From a virus: a DNA stretch of 64,000 bases. The position numbers and the translations under genes are program-made. The notes under the pieces were generated by a model, which saw only the letters and a program-made list of their open reading frames with translations, had not been told where the DNA came from and searched no databases. The stretch is from the IMG/VR virus record IMGVR_UViG_3300025131_000024, positions 7,165-71,164 of that record. The stretch is one strand, 5' to 3'. Positions 19,888 through 29,999 of this stretch are shown piece by piece; the first letter of the stretch is position 1, and each line of letters opens with the position of its first letter.

Positions 19888-20289
19888 TTACTCCATAGAT
19901 ACATCCACAGGAATAATTTTAGGTTTAGCCTCTTCAGTCTTAGGAAGGATAATTTCTAAAATTCCTCTAGAATATTTTGATGTAATCTGTTCTACATCAA
20001 TATTAGTATTACTTAGCGATAGGGTTTTTGAAAACTCATAATCTGTAATACCTTGGATATTAAACTGGCCTTTTTCAGGCTCTTCACTGGTATCCCTATC
20101 GACATCTATCAACAAGGAGGTATCTTCAACCGATACGGCTACATTAGTAGCACCGGGAATAGCCACCCGAATCAAGAATTCCTCTTCTCTATCAATAATA
20201 TCCATAGGATATTCATTCAAGCCGTAGAAACTACGCATAAAATTTCTCCCAAAGGAAGTTGTACTTAGCGTTCCCATTAGATTTACCAT
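19888..20289 (-). CDS. Hsp20 small heat-shock protein
   Basis: YPMDII, VAIPG, YSRGILEIILPK, PKIIPV. Confidence 0.88.
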   Translation of the reverse strand: MVNLMGTLSTTSFGRNFMRSFYGLNEYPMDIIDREEEFLIRVAIPGATNVAVSVEDTSLLIDVDRDTSEEPEKGQFNIQGITDYEFSKTLSLSNTNIDVEQITSKYSRGILEIILPKTEEAKPKIIPVDVSME

Positions 20290-20301
20290 AATATATCTCC
20301 T

Positions 20302-20598
20302 CTACTCTGTATACAGCCTAGCCACTACTTCTGCATCAGTTAGAACAAAGTACTTTACATCCTCATGATCTATAATCATCTGCGAATGTTTGATAAAAAC
20401 TACTCTATCGCCAACCTTTAACCTAGGCTTTATGGTCTTTCCTTCTTCTGAAACTCGTCCCTCTCCTACACTGGAAACTACGCCAAACCCATGAAACTGC
20501 ATAAGTTCACCGGGGACATGGATTCCACCTGCTGTAATGGTGGTGTCGTCCTCTACGATTAAGTACTTACTGTCGTAAGCTACCATCTTTTCTGACAT
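20302..20598 (-). CDS. groES: GroES co-chaperonin
   Basis: TAGGIHVP mobile loop, VSSVGEG, KVGDRV. Confidence 0.88.
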   Translation of the reverse strand: MSEKMVAYDSKYLIVEDDTTITAGGIHVPGELMQFHGFGVVSSVGEGRVSEEGKTIKPRLKVGDRVVFIKHSQMIIDHEDVKYFVLTDAEVVARLYTE

Positions 20599-20620
20599 AC
20601 TTTTCTCCTTCTTTTATAGT

Positions 20621-20696
20621 TGGTAGCGGGGGCAGGAATCGAACCTACGACCTTCTAGTAATGAGCCAGACGAGATGACCACTTCTCTACCCCGCA
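20621..20696 (-). tRNA. tRNA-Met(CAT), initiator-like body
   Basis: TGCGGGG/CCCCGCT-A-CCA acceptor with 1:72 mismatch; CT-CAT-TA loop; GTAGG-TTCGATT-CCTGC T arm. Confidence 0.88.
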
Positions 20697-20730
20697 ACGT
20701 ATACTATATTATACACTATTTTATCTAAAA

Positions 20731-21936
20731 TTAGGTTCCTAATTGAAGCATTCTGTTCAAAGCTACCAACGAAGTGTCCTTCTCACTAGAAGATACTTCA
20801 ATACGGTTAATGGCAACCCCGGCTAGAATTCCTTCCAGTACCCATAATATATAAGCTGGATGTATCCTATACATAGTAGCACAGGGGCATACAATCGGGT
20901 CAAGGCAGAATATCTCCTTATCAGGGTTATCTTTTGCTAGTCTATTTACCATATTGATTTCAGTACCAATTCCCCACGAAGTTCCTGATGGAGCGTTAGT
21001 AACTGTTTGTAATATGAACTCCGTAGAACCCGACATGTCAGCAGCGTCCACTACCTCTCTAGTGCATTCGGGGTGAACTACTATCTTAGTATCAGGGTTC
21101 CTATCCCTAGCATCCTGAATGTGCTTAGTAGTAAACCTAGTGTGTACTGAACAATGCCCCTTCCACAGGAACACCGTAGCGTTCTCAATCTGTTCCTGAG
21201 TCAGGCCTCCCATAGTAGCATGGGGATTCCACACCACTAATTTGTCCTCTGGGATTCCCTTGGCAAGGGCTGTATTCCTTCCAAGATGCTGATCAGGGAG
21301 AAACATAATCTTCTGCCCACGCTCTAACGCCCAATCAAATGCTTTATCGGCATTTGATGAGGTGCAGACCAAACCACCATTAACCCCACAGTGAGCCTTA
21401 ATAGCAGCCGTGGAGTTCATATAGGTAATGGGTATTATCCCATCCGTCGAACCTAAAGCGTAGTTTAACGCTATCCAACTAAGTTCTAGATCATCAATAT
21501 CTGCCATATCTGCCATAGAACATCCCGCTGCCATATTAGGCAGAATTACGTTCTGATCTGACGACGTTAGGATGTCCGCAGTTTCTGCCATAAAGTGAAC
21601 ACCGCAAAAGATAATCCATTTAGCGTCAGAGATTTCTGAGGCTTTCTTGGATAACTGATACGAGTCTCCTATAAAGTCAGCAAACTTAATTACATCATCA
21701 CGTTGATAGTGGTGTCCTAGTAACACAGCCTTAGTACCGAGTACGTTACGAGCAAATTCAATGCCCGTTGTAAGTTCCTCAGGTGAAAGCTTCATATACC
21801 TAGTAGGAATTTTCTGCCAACGAACCCCTGCCTTAAACTCCTCTTCAAGAGTTTTAGTACGCAGGTTTCCCTCCGTCTGACAGAAGGCGGATTGCTCCAG
21901 TTCAGTTATGGGTATAATATTTCTAGTTAGAACCAT
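20731..21936 (-). CDS. nadA: quinolinate synthase A
   Basis: GHHYQ, GDS, FCGVHFMAET, AGCSMA, YMNS, CTSSNA, PDQHLG, HCSVH, HPEC, GTE, CPCATM. Confidence 0.95.
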   Translation of the reverse strand: MVLTRNIIPITELEQSAFCQTEGNLRTKTLEEEFKAGVRWQKIPTRYMKLSPEELTTGIEFARNVLGTKAVLLGHHYQRDDVIKFADFIGDSYQLSKKASEISDAKWIIFCGVHFMAETADILTSSDQNVILPNMAAGCSMADMADIDDLELSWIALNYALGSTDGIIPITYMNSTAAIKAHCGVNGGLVCTSSNADKAFDWALERGQKIMFLPDQHLGRNTALAKGIPEDKLVVWNPHATMGGLTQEQIENATVFLWKGHCSVHTRFTTKHIQDARDRNPDTKIVVHPECTREVVDAADMSGSTEFILQTVTNAPSGTSWGIGTEINMVNRLAKDNPDKEIFCLDPIVCPCATMYRIHPAYILWVLEGILAGVAINRIEVSSSEKDTSLVALNRMLQLGT

Positions 21937-23230
21937 TAGCCATTCTTTCTTGTAGCAGTAAAAATGCTACCGCCGCTTGTTGTGGGACTACTCCGTTTCC
22001 AAGAATGCGAAGTTTGTCAGTTCTACCCAATCCTCCGGCCAACCCATCAACCATTCCACGAATTTGGGGTTTAGCCGGGGCAAGGTCGGGTCTTTCACGG
22101 ATGATGTCCCCCCACTCAGAGCTTGTTGGACGGGGTGGCCATGAAAACGGTCTGCGTCCCCAATCAATCCCCTCTGATGCGAGTTCACTGTTGCCTTCGA
22201 TCCGTCGTCTGATGCCATGGGAGTTGCCCAATTCATCGCTGTATCCTGTAGATTCACACTGTGGCTTTTCTTCCCATCCTTCGTCTTCCTTCGACCTGTT
22301 TCCGTTAAGTCCATATCGAAGTGTGGAGTCTCCTGAGTCGTGGGTGTCGGCCAAGTTGACCACATTACCACCTGACCCATTAGACGAGAAGGGTCGGTCG
22401 GACGATTCTTGAACTTGTCGTTGGCGTTGGAAACCGTCGGAGAAGCCCAATTGTTCCCCACTTCTTGAGCCAACTGTGCTGCCGCTAGTAAGGACTTCGG
22501 ACGATTTGTCACGTTGGCGTTCTGATTCGGTGCTTCGGGCATCGTATCGGGGGTCGGCCAAGTCATGTTCGGACTGTACGACTCCTTCCAACTGGGAACG
22601 AATTTGTGCGCTACCTGATTCGGAAGCTGTCCCAAAAATTTGGGCTTGGCGTTCGTACCCTTCACATCCCTTGCTGTAGGGGTAGACCACCTCTCCCCTA
22701 TCGGCTTTTTGGGCATAGATAAAGGTTCGTTCTCGTCTGTGAGTGGCTCCAACGTCGGCTGCTTTGTAAACACCCCATTCAACATTGTACCTGAGGTCGG
22801 CCAAGTCCCTGAGAATTTCTTGGAATCCGTCGCCATCATTAACAGATAGGAGTCCACGCACATTCTCCAAGAACAACCCCTGTGGCTGCGCTTCTGACAC
22901 GATTCTCCTAATGTGAGGGAAAAGCCATCGCTCGTCGTCTTGTCCTGATCGTCTTCCCGCAACGGAGGCGGGCTGACAAGGGAATCCTCCAATGATGAAA
23001 TCCACTTTTCCACGCCAAGGTTTACCGTCGAAGGTTCCGGAATCTGTAAAGACAGGCGCATCATCCAATTGTCCCGTTTGCATGTGGTCAACCAAGAGCG
23101 CAATGCTCGATGCTTCCCTCTCCACGTAACAGATTGCTCTAGCACTTGGATTTGCGAGTTTGAAGGCAACGTCGAGTCCGCCTCCTCCTGAGTAGAGGCT
23201 GATGTATTTGAGTTCGGTAGGTGTATCCAC
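21923..23230 (-). CDS. DNA (cytosine-5) methyltransferase, main (alpha) frame
   Basis: motif I YSGGGG, IV GFPCQ, VI LENV, VIII HRRERTF, X LGNGVVP; no motif IX in this frame. Confidence 0.9.
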   Translation of the reverse strand: MDTPTELKYISLYSGGGGLDVAFKLANPSARAICYVEREASSIALLVDHMQTGQLDDAPVFTDSGTFDGKPWRGKVDFIIGGFPCQPASVAGRRSGQDDERWLFPHIRRIVSEAQPQGLFLENVRGLLSVNDGDGFQEILRDLADLRYNVEWGVYKAADVGATHRRERTFIYAQKADRGEVVYPYSKGCEGYERQAQIFGTASESGSAQIRSQLEGVVQSEHDLADPRYDARSTESERQRDKSSEVLTSGSTVGSRSGEQLGFSDGFQRQRQVQESSDRPFSSNGSGGNVVNLADTHDSGDSTLRYGLNGNRSKEDEGWEEKPQCESTGYSDELGNSHGIRRRIEGNSELASEGIDWGRRPFSWPPRPTSSEWGDIIRERPDLAPAKPQIRGMVDGLAGGLGRTDKLRILGNGVVPQQAAVAFLLLQERMANGSN

Positions 23231-23232
23231 AC
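21988..23232 (-). CDS. overprinted partner (beta) of the C5 methyltransferase carrying motif IX and WxTP repeats
   Basis: 414 codons open in a shifted frame; RLNPKFVEWLMGWPEDW resembles motif IX; shares the AGGAG RBS with alpha. Confidence 0.72.
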   Translation of the reverse strand: MWIHLPNSNTSASTQEEADSTLPSNSQIQVLEQSVTWRGKHRALRSWLTTCKRDNWMMRLSLQIPEPSTVNLGVEKWISSLEDSLVSPPPLREDDQDKTTSDGFSLTLGESCQKRSHRGCSWRMCVDSYLLMMATDSKKFSGTWPTSGTMLNGVFTKQPTLEPLTDENEPLSMPKKPIGERWSTPTARDVKGTNAKPKFLGQLPNQVAHKFVPSWKESYSPNMTWPTPDTMPEAPNQNANVTNRPKSLLAAAQLAQEVGNNWASPTVSNANDKFKNRPTDPSRLMGQVVMWSTWPTPTTQETPHFDMDLTETGRRKTKDGKKSHSVNLQDTAMNWATPMASDDGSKATVNSHQRGLIGDADRFHGHPVQQALSGGTSSVKDPTLPRLNPKFVEWLMGWPEDWVELTNFAFLETE

Positions 23233-23984
23233 TAATTTATCTCCTTTAAGAATCCAGAATTTTCAACGGAATCTATCACTCGTCTAATCTTATCTAAATC
23301 TATATTACCGTGTGTACGTATCTTTCCTTCCATATCAATCCAGATATCTCTATCTCCCGCCGCTTCTGCAATCGCAGGAAGAGCCTCACTCATGTTGTCA
23401 GGCCCCAAACCACCGGAGTATCCAAACTTGCCTTTAGGATAATTCTCTACGTTTGGCCAAGTGTTAGGTAGGGTTCCGCTCCCATGAGAGGTATCAAATA
23501 ACCCCGAAGCGTTGATACCCATTTCAGTGGCGATTGAAAATGTACTAAGGTTAGTAGGTACATCGTCTACCTGAAAAATAATTTCTTTGCCCTTAAACAA
23601 ATCGCTTTGGAGTAGGGAATAGGTTTCGTATCGAGTGTAATGAGGCGACCCATGAGTGTTTATTTGAATCCTATCAAAGGCATCCCATCCTACGATGGAT
23701 AAAACTTCCTCAGTACTGGCTTCTTCGAGTAAATCTCTAACATAACACATATGGGCAGATAGGGCAATTCCCGTTGAGGTTAATTCCTTAACCCAACCAA
23801 CATCAGGAAATAAGCCGCCTCCATAATGTGGTGTTTGTATACCCCACTCAATATATGGATGGGCGTGGTGTAGCTCAGACATTTGCTGTATATCTGTTCC
23901 ATTGCCTGCTCCACTGAAGGTTACTGTGTGTATATTCAATAGTTTCTCCTCAACCTGAAATTCGACTTTGAGGGAGTATAGCAT
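23232..23984 (-). CDS. TrpF/PRAI-like TIM-barrel protein of unknown activity
   Basis: LFDTSHGSG, GYSGGLGPDN, WIDMEGKIR, DLDKI. Confidence 0.6.
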   Translation of the reverse strand: MLYSLKVEFQVEEKLLNIHTVTFSGAGNGTDIQQMSELHHAHPYIEWGIQTPHYGGGLFPDVGWVKELTSTGIALSAHMCYVRDLLEEASTEEVLSIVGWDAFDRIQINTHGSPHYTRYETYSLLQSDLFKGKEIIFQVDDVPTNLSTFSIATEMGINASGLFDTSHGSGTLPNTWPNVENYPKGKFGYSGGLGPDNMSEALPAIAEAAGDRDIWIDMEGKIRTHGNIDLDKIRRVIDSVENSGFLKEIN

Positions 23985-24088
23985 AGTTTAGGGGGAATTG
24001 TCAAGTTATATATGTTTTCCTGACCAAATATACTTGTATTATACAGCAGTTTCTGAAAAATCTAAGCTCAATTTTTAGGGGTTACTTA

Positions 24089-24406
24089 TTATACTATATT
24101 GATACCCTTACTATAGTAAGGGTAAGCATTTCTGTCCCGGTCGTAATGTTCCCGGCTGCAATAGAATTTTTGGTTACCTCGAATTCTTTTCTGCCTAAGA
24201 GCAGATTTCAGGATATCAGTTTCCTCTCCACAGTAGTTACAGGTAAAAGAAGTCCAAGGAGACTCGTACAGCCCCTCCTGCTTCAATATCTCAGTAACTC
24301 TACTAATAGACATCTCTAGCTCTTGTGCGATGCTTGTAGCCGTCCTAGAGGGGTCCTTCCTCTTCAGCCTACTGACTTGCCTACGCCGCCACTTATGGAG
24401 TTTCAT
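24089..24406 (-). CDS. HTH + Cys/His zinc-finger protein
   Basis: ATSIAQELEMSISRVTEIL; CNYCG...YCSREH; likely start MKLHKW. Confidence 0.6.
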   Translation of the reverse strand: MKLHKWRRRQVSRLKRKDPSRTATSIAQELEMSISRVTEILKQEGLYESPWTSFTCNYCGEETDILKSALRQKRIRGNQKFYCSREHYDRDRNAYPYYSKGINIV

Positions 24407-24594
24407 TAGAACTCGTCTGCGGTTACACGACTTTCTTCGTACTGTTTTACCTGATGTGATATTTCCTTTAACCACATATCGGCTAGGTAAGTTGCATCTA
24501 CGGCACCAGTTTCATTTGGAGCCTTTATATTGGATGAAGCAGCAACAACCCTAGTCCACTGTGCATCTGTAAATGATACTGTTATATCTGGCAT
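24406..24594 (-). CDS. small tail-associated hypothetical protein
   Basis: coupled to the upstream tail gene; similar to 39826..40032. Confidence 0.6.
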   Translation of the reverse strand: MPDITVSFTDAQWTRVVAASSNIKAPNETGAVDATYLADMWLKEISHQVKQYEESRVTADEF

Positions 24595-27500
24595 TATATT
24601 TTCTCCTTTAAGTCCTTAACTTCTGCTGATAATTCTTGTATTGCTTTCATTAGTATGGGGATAAATTCAGTGTAAGCTGCCGAATAAGTCTCATCAGTAT
24701 AGTTAATTCCCCCGAAATCTTCCAAAGAAGTTATTTCATAGTCTTTAAGAGTTTCTACAACTTCTTGAGCAATTATTCCATGATGGGTTGCGTCTATCTT
24801 ACCCTCTCTTTTCTTCTTCCTCTTATAGGTAACAGGATTTAGATCGTTGATGAAATCTAAACCTAATTTAGCAGGTTGTATATTTTCCTTCAACCTTGAG
24901 TCAGAGGATACGTTTACGGAATTTTCGGAATCAATATCTACAGTCCATATCTTTTCCCATTTACGAGACATGGTTCCAAGTTCTACGGTGTCAGTAGTAG
25001 CACTAGGCCATACATAGCCATCTTGAATTACCAGAACGTCATTTCCACCCGCAGCAAAACCAAGCTGATTAAGACCGTAGCGATACATACCAGTATCAAT
25101 ATCGCCACTAAAGGTAAACGACGGGTAGGTGCTAGACCCATTACCCCCATACATATAGTATATGACACTGCCATAGATATAATTATGGTAACCAAGCCAA
25201 GCCCTATTCTTAGTGGTATCAGATGATCCGTAAGGAACTATAGGCTCAAGTATAATCCTGCTACCAGTACCACCATCGCTTTCACTTATCATAGTCCAAA
25301 ATGATGAATTAACATTATCTCTTTCGGGTGTAGCATCGGTTTGACCAGCGAGGAAGCCTAGTGAAGTACCGCCTGAGGCATCCACATGATGCCCACCATC
25401 TTCAGCAAACTGAATAAGGCCGTATTGACCAGTTGGCACCGAAGTATTCGCTACCGGCGTAGGAAGAGCTATACTATCAGTTGCTGAAAGAGTTACAAGC
25501 GAAAGGAGTCCGGTACTAGGATTGTATGTTAGTCCCGTATCTGTCTCTAGCCCCTGAGTACTGGTTCCTGCACCGTCAACAAAGACCGGGTAGGTGGTTT
25601 CATTGGTGAGGTTGTTTGCGGTTACGGTAACGCTAGTTGCAAGTGTCGCCGTGCCTGTTACATCACCTGTGAGGTCGCCTGTGAATGTAGTACTTTTTAT
25701 CTCAAATAATGGATTATGGAATCCAATATATGCCCTATTCTTAGTGGCATCAGATGATCCGTAATCAACTATAGGCTCAAAGATAAGCCTACTGCCAGTA
25801 CCACCATCGCTTTCAGACAACATACTCCAAAAGGATGATCCCGCATTTTCTAGGTTGGGAGTAGCATTAGTTTGACCGCTAAGGAACGCTAGTGTAGGGT
25901 TTGCATCTGCATTGCCATCTAGTGAATATCTAAACATTCCGTGTGGATTTGCAATAGGAACTGAGCCAGAGGGGGTAGCAGTATCGAGCGTTAGATGTTG
26001 TCCTGCATCTACGGTTCCTAAATCAGTACTCAAAGCTGATACAGAGGTAGTTAGAGCGTTTCCAGCTCCTGTTAGTGACGGACCAGCACAGCTAAAGACT
26101 ACCGAACAATATTGTTGCAGGGTTGCCCCAGCTTTTACTATCCCAATAAGTTTTCTATTTAATTTCGACGAACTTACGGGTAAGTCAAAGTTATTGTTGG
26201 GGTTCGTAAAAGTTTGCTCCCGAACCGTTGCGGCGGAAGCACCAGCGATGTGAGGCTTTCGTGAATAAGAATCGCTACCAGTAGCTCCCTCAACCCGTAA
26301 AGTTCCCCTAGTAACAGTGAAAGTGTTGCTATTAATAGCAGTAATCTGCATATATTCATTATTTATCTTAATATAATCACTAACGGAAAATCCAGTAGCA
26401 CTAGCCACAGTAACAGTATTAGCATCTTCCGTCACTACCGCAGCAACGGTGGTTGATGCACTCGCATTCGCCGCCGTCCAAATTGGGATGCCTGCTTCTA
26501 TATGTAACCGTCCGTCCGCTCCAAGATTTTCATTATGTGCCATAATGAAATATTGAGTTCCATCTGTTGCCATTTGAGCATTTAACTGATTGGCATCATT
26601 AGAAGCACCAGCGACTATCGCTTGTGGACTACCATTGGCATATGTGACTTCTCCTGCGGTCCAACTTAGTTGAGTTCTACTATCTCGGACGAAATTACAA
26701 TTCAAGGAAAAGTCGTCCCCCAAAAGAGATATTGGGACATCACCTATTGCAGAGGTATCATGAGTGTTACCGTCATTAGCCTTAGTATTTACAGTATTAA
26801 TAGTAGACCGCCCAACTTCCGATCCCTCTGTTATACTAACAACTTGTATGGCCGAATCTATTCGACCGGGGGCTTGGCTGTGTGCTATAGAACGCACCGT
26901 CATATCTTCATTATTTACGTTTGCCGTAACAGTATTCGTAACCCCTATTTGCTGTCCAGCCCTAACGGGATAGTAAGTGTCACTAATCCTATATTCTGGA
27001 AATCCTATAACTGAAAAAGTTCCAGTCAGTTGACCTGTTACCGAAAAGCCTTTTCTCAATATTGTTGCGGCAGCTTCCATGGCCTTTGTTTTTCCGTCAG
27101 AAGTAGCAGTAGTCCTATATTGATGTCCAGCTACATTTCTTTCTATGTGCATTCCTGTGGTGTATGACGGTGTATGTGTAGAAGTAAGAACAGCAGAGGG
27201 ATACCCACTACGTGTGACATCTCCCGCAAGACTCGTATAGTTTTCAAAGAAATTATTCGTGCCATCGGCTCCTGTTGTATCCCTAGAATTCTGCTGAGTT
27301 ATAGTTTCCCCACCTTGAAAAATAGGTATATTTGCTGTTGCAAGTTCCTCATCTACATGAGAAACTAATATAGCCCCTTGTTCAACATGTTGAACGATTG
27401 CACTTGATCCACTAGTGCCTCCTGCAATAAGTTGACCAACATTAAAAGGAGCATTAGTATGTGTATTAGAACCATCCAACTGAAATTCGAATCTTTGGAC

Positions 27501-28307
27501 TGCTATAGATTTACTTTTACCGCCCTCGCTTTGGAAGGTAACAAAACATTGTGTAACTACTTGCCCACCGGGTTCATTAAAAGAGGAACCCGCCATCATT
27601 TGCATTTTACTTGGGGATGACCCATTCATCACTGGTGTAGCTAAGTTATATTCTACGGTTAATCCACTTTGACCCATGGTACCGCTATCTGGGTCAACGG
27701 GGACAGTTCCTAATTTATGATAATTAAAATCTAATGTCTCATCTAAATAAAAAGCAAACCCTCTATTGGTATTAGTGGGTAATGTGGTCCACGGATCACT
27801 TTGTGCTTCATCTGTAATAGCCTTTAGCACACTCTGTGAACTGCCTGCTGCTATGAGTTGTTTGGGGTCAGTGTCAGCAGAGGTAAGTAATTTTGATCCA
27901 AGATGATTAGCCGTATCTATAAAAGCATCACCTAGATTAGTATGTGAATCTATAAGAGTTCTAATTAACTCATCACGACCATTTTCTTCATATGTTCCAT
28001 CTCGCAGAGTTCTTGAAGCTAATTCTATTAGGTTATCAAAAGCCGTAAGTTCTATAACCCCACCATATCGGGGGTGTATAGGCTTGCTTATGTCTTTGAT
28101 TCTGCCCCGAAACAAAATTAAATTGGTAGTATCTTCCACTATTTCAATTTCATCGAAAGGAGAATATCTTGTATCAAGGGCTCCCCCTTGATTGGAAATA
28201 ACGGCTGTTAAAGTTTTAGGTAAATATAGGGTATCTGCTATGGTAAAAGAAATTAAACTCGTTTCTGTAGAGCCAAAACTCACGCCATATTTTAATTTAG
28301 ATGGCAT
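24594..28307 (-). CDS. tail tip/spike protein with C-terminal peptidase S74 intramolecular chaperone
   Basis: SSDSRLKENI...LNPVTY...GIIAQEV...LMKAIQEL; internal repeat SSFWxMxSESDGGTGSR; follows the TMP-like genes. Confidence 0.8.
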   Translation of the reverse strand: MPSKLKYGVSFGSTETSLISFTIADTLYLPKTLTAVISNQGGALDTRYSPFDEIEIVEDTTNLILFRGRIKDISKPIHPRYGGVIELTAFDNLIELASRTLRDGTYEENGRDELIRTLIDSHTNLGDAFIDTANHLGSKLLTSADTDPKQLIAAGSSQSVLKAITDEAQSDPWTTLPTNTNRGFAFYLDETLDFNYHKLGTVPVDPDSGTMGQSGLTVEYNLATPVMNGSSPSKMQMMAGSSFNEPGGQVVTQCFVTFQSEGGKSKSIAVQRFEFQLDGSNTHTNAPFNVGQLIAGGTSGSSAIVQHVEQGAILVSHVDEELATANIPIFQGGETITQQNSRDTTGADGTNNFFENYTSLAGDVTRSGYPSAVLTSTHTPSYTTGMHIERNVAGHQYRTTATSDGKTKAMEAAATILRKGFSVTGQLTGTFSVIGFPEYRISDTYYPVRAGQQIGVTNTVTANVNNEDMTVRSIAHSQAPGRIDSAIQVVSITEGSEVGRSTINTVNTKANDGNTHDTSAIGDVPISLLGDDFSLNCNFVRDSRTQLSWTAGEVTYANGSPQAIVAGASNDANQLNAQMATDGTQYFIMAHNENLGADGRLHIEAGIPIWTAANASASTTVAAVVTEDANTVTVASATGFSVSDYIKINNEYMQITAINSNTFTVTRGTLRVEGATGSDSYSRKPHIAGASAATVREQTFTNPNNNFDLPVSSSKLNRKLIGIVKAGATLQQYCSVVFSCAGPSLTGAGNALTTSVSALSTDLGTVDAGQHLTLDTATPSGSVPIANPHGMFRYSLDGNADANPTLAFLSGQTNATPNLENAGSSFWSMLSESDGGTGSRLIFEPIVDYGSSDATKNRAYIGFHNPLFEIKSTTFTGDLTGDVTGTATLATSVTVTANNLTNETTYPVFVDGAGTSTQGLETDTGLTYNPSTGLLSLVTLSATDSIALPTPVANTSVPTGQYGLIQFAEDGGHHVDASGGTSLGFLAGQTDATPERDNVNSSFWTMISESDGGTGSRIILEPIVPYGSSDTTKNRAWLGYHNYIYGSVIYYMYGGNGSSTYPSFTFSGDIDTGMYRYGLNQLGFAAGGNDVLVIQDGYVWPSATTDTVELGTMSRKWEKIWTVDIDSENSVNVSSDSRLKENIQPAKLGLDFINDLNPVTYKRKKKREGKIDATHHGIIAQEVVETLKDYEITSLEDFGGINYTDETYSAAYTEFIPILMKAIQELSAEVKDLKEKI

Positions 28308-28354
28308 ATATTATCCTCTTATTCCTTACATACTTAGCTATGATAATTAATCCC

Positions 28355-29566
28355 TCAGTCCCTCATATTGAATGTCTGTTGGGCTGTATGATTAAACTGA
28401 TCCATATAGGCATGGGCATGATCTTGAGGAGATTGATCCCGCCCATGTACTGCTTCAGATGGTATATATACGGGGCTAGGATTTGTTCTAGAGTCCACCG
28501 GATCGAAGTCATCCGCCACCGACCTCTCCAATATTGCGTCCATAGTCTGTTTAGGAGTAGCCTGACCAGAGGTTCCCAAGAATAGAGCATCCATTAAGCG
28601 TTTTGGATTTAGACTACTTGCATCGAAAGAGAAAAAGCCTATAAGCTCCTCCCATTTGAACTCTCCAAGGTCGGTAAACCATGATTGGACAGTATCTTCA
28701 ACTTTGTCGAAGAGGTTATCCTCACCCTCAGTTAGCGACTCATCTATCAAGACAATTTCCCCAGACTCTAAAGCAGCATCTACGTGGGCCGAAGTTACCT
28801 GACCACCCGGAAGGTCCCCACCGCCCTCATGATACCATTGCGGTTCGTCGATATTATCTGGCGTAGCCATTTCAGCGTTGTGTCTTACAGTGTCCATCTC
28901 CGTTTGCATTTGACCTCTATAATGCTCTGCGTATTCTTCCACCTCTTCCTGTGTGAAGACTGGTTCGTCGATAAGTGTAGTGTCCCCTGTACCGTCTAAG
29001 AAAGCCTGTTTCTCCACCTCTGTAACTATAGTCTCATCCCCTTCAAGCTGTAAGATTCTCTCTTGGACTAGTTTTTCTACATCCTCTGAAGAGACAGACT
29101 CAGGTTGTGTCTTTTTAAAAATATTTAGCAGGGTATCCCCAGCAGAAGACGCTAAACTAGCTATCCAATCCCATACCTTTCCCCAGATTGCTTTAAACGC
29201 TGGACCTATGCCCTGTAGAAAGTCCCCTATTTTTTGAACCGCTGAGGACATTTTAGGAATCGCCCAACCAAGCAGCCGTACAATACCAAAGTTATCTAGA
29301 AGTAGATCGACAATAGTTCCCACTATTCGGAGCATACCTTTGACCACACCACTTGCTAGTTTAGACTGTACTAACGCAAGGTAGAATAGTCCCGTACCTC
29401 CTACTTTAGCCATCTTTTTCCAACCCGTTGCAAGGCCCTTTAAATTTGCCTGTAATTTTTGCATAAAGGTCTTGGAGGGGCCAGAAGAAGAACTTGCGGC
29501 AGAACCTTCTATCTCCGCACTTTCCATGATTTGGGCCGTTATAGAAATAACTCCTGATGCTGCCAT
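28355..29566 (-). CDS. tape-measure-like protein 2
   Basis: amphipathic W/F-periodic N-half; N-terminus similar to 30000..31241. Confidence 0.5.
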   Translation of the reverse strand: MAASGVISITAQIMESAEIEGSAASSSSGPSKTFMQKLQANLKGLATGWKKMAKVGGTGLFYLALVQSKLASGVVKGMLRIVGTIVDLLLDNFGIVRLLGWAIPKMSSAVQKIGDFLQGIGPAFKAIWGKVWDWIASLASSAGDTLLNIFKKTQPESVSSEDVEKLVQERILQLEGDETIVTEVEKQAFLDGTGDTTLIDEPVFTQEEVEEYAEHYRGQMQTEMDTVRHNAEMATPDNIDEPQWYHEGGGDLPGGQVTSAHVDAALESGEIVLIDESLTEGEDNLFDKVEDTVQSWFTDLGEFKWEELIGFFSFDASSLNPKRLMDALFLGTSGQATPKQTMDAILERSVADDFDPVDSRTNPSPVYIPSEAVHGRDQSPQDHAHAYMDQFNHTAQQTFNMRD

Positions 29567-29567
29567 T

Positions 29568-29981
29568 TTAAGTCCTACTTTTAGCTAATAGCGTGAGGGT
29601 GTATGTCCAATATATTGAGTCTTTTGTGGACCTTAAAGCGCAATTAAAACTGCCTACCTGTCCTACGTAATTGGTAGCCGAAGTATCCCCAGCTCCAGCG
29701 GGGATACTTAATGTAATAGAATTGTCAAATTCATCAGTTACTACATCTTCTAATTGGTTTTTATCGCAGACATTTGGTGAAACACTTGTGTCTGGTACTG
29801 TAGGAAGAACTCCCCTAATGGTAACGCTAGGGTCGTAATAACCCATATCAATTTGCAGGGGGTCTGCACCCGGCATAGGGGCGTGTAGAGGCGACCGTCG
29901 AATATTAACGGTGAATTCTTCTACTTGTAAAGCGTAGGTCGATGGCCCACTTCCGAATGAAATTGTACAGCCTAGTGACAT
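29568..29981 (-). CDS. probable distal-tail/tube-initiator type protein
   Basis: MPGADPLQIDMGY...VTIRG; position after the TMP. Confidence 0.5.
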   Translation of the reverse strand: MSLGCTISFGSGPSTYALQVEEFTVNIRRSPLHAPMPGADPLQIDMGYYDPSVTIRGVLPTVPDTSVSPNVCDKNQLEDVVTDEFDNSITLSIPAGAGDTSATNYVGQVGSFNCALRSTKDSIYWTYTLTLLAKSRT

Positions 29982-29999
29982 TATTTTATATCCTTATCT

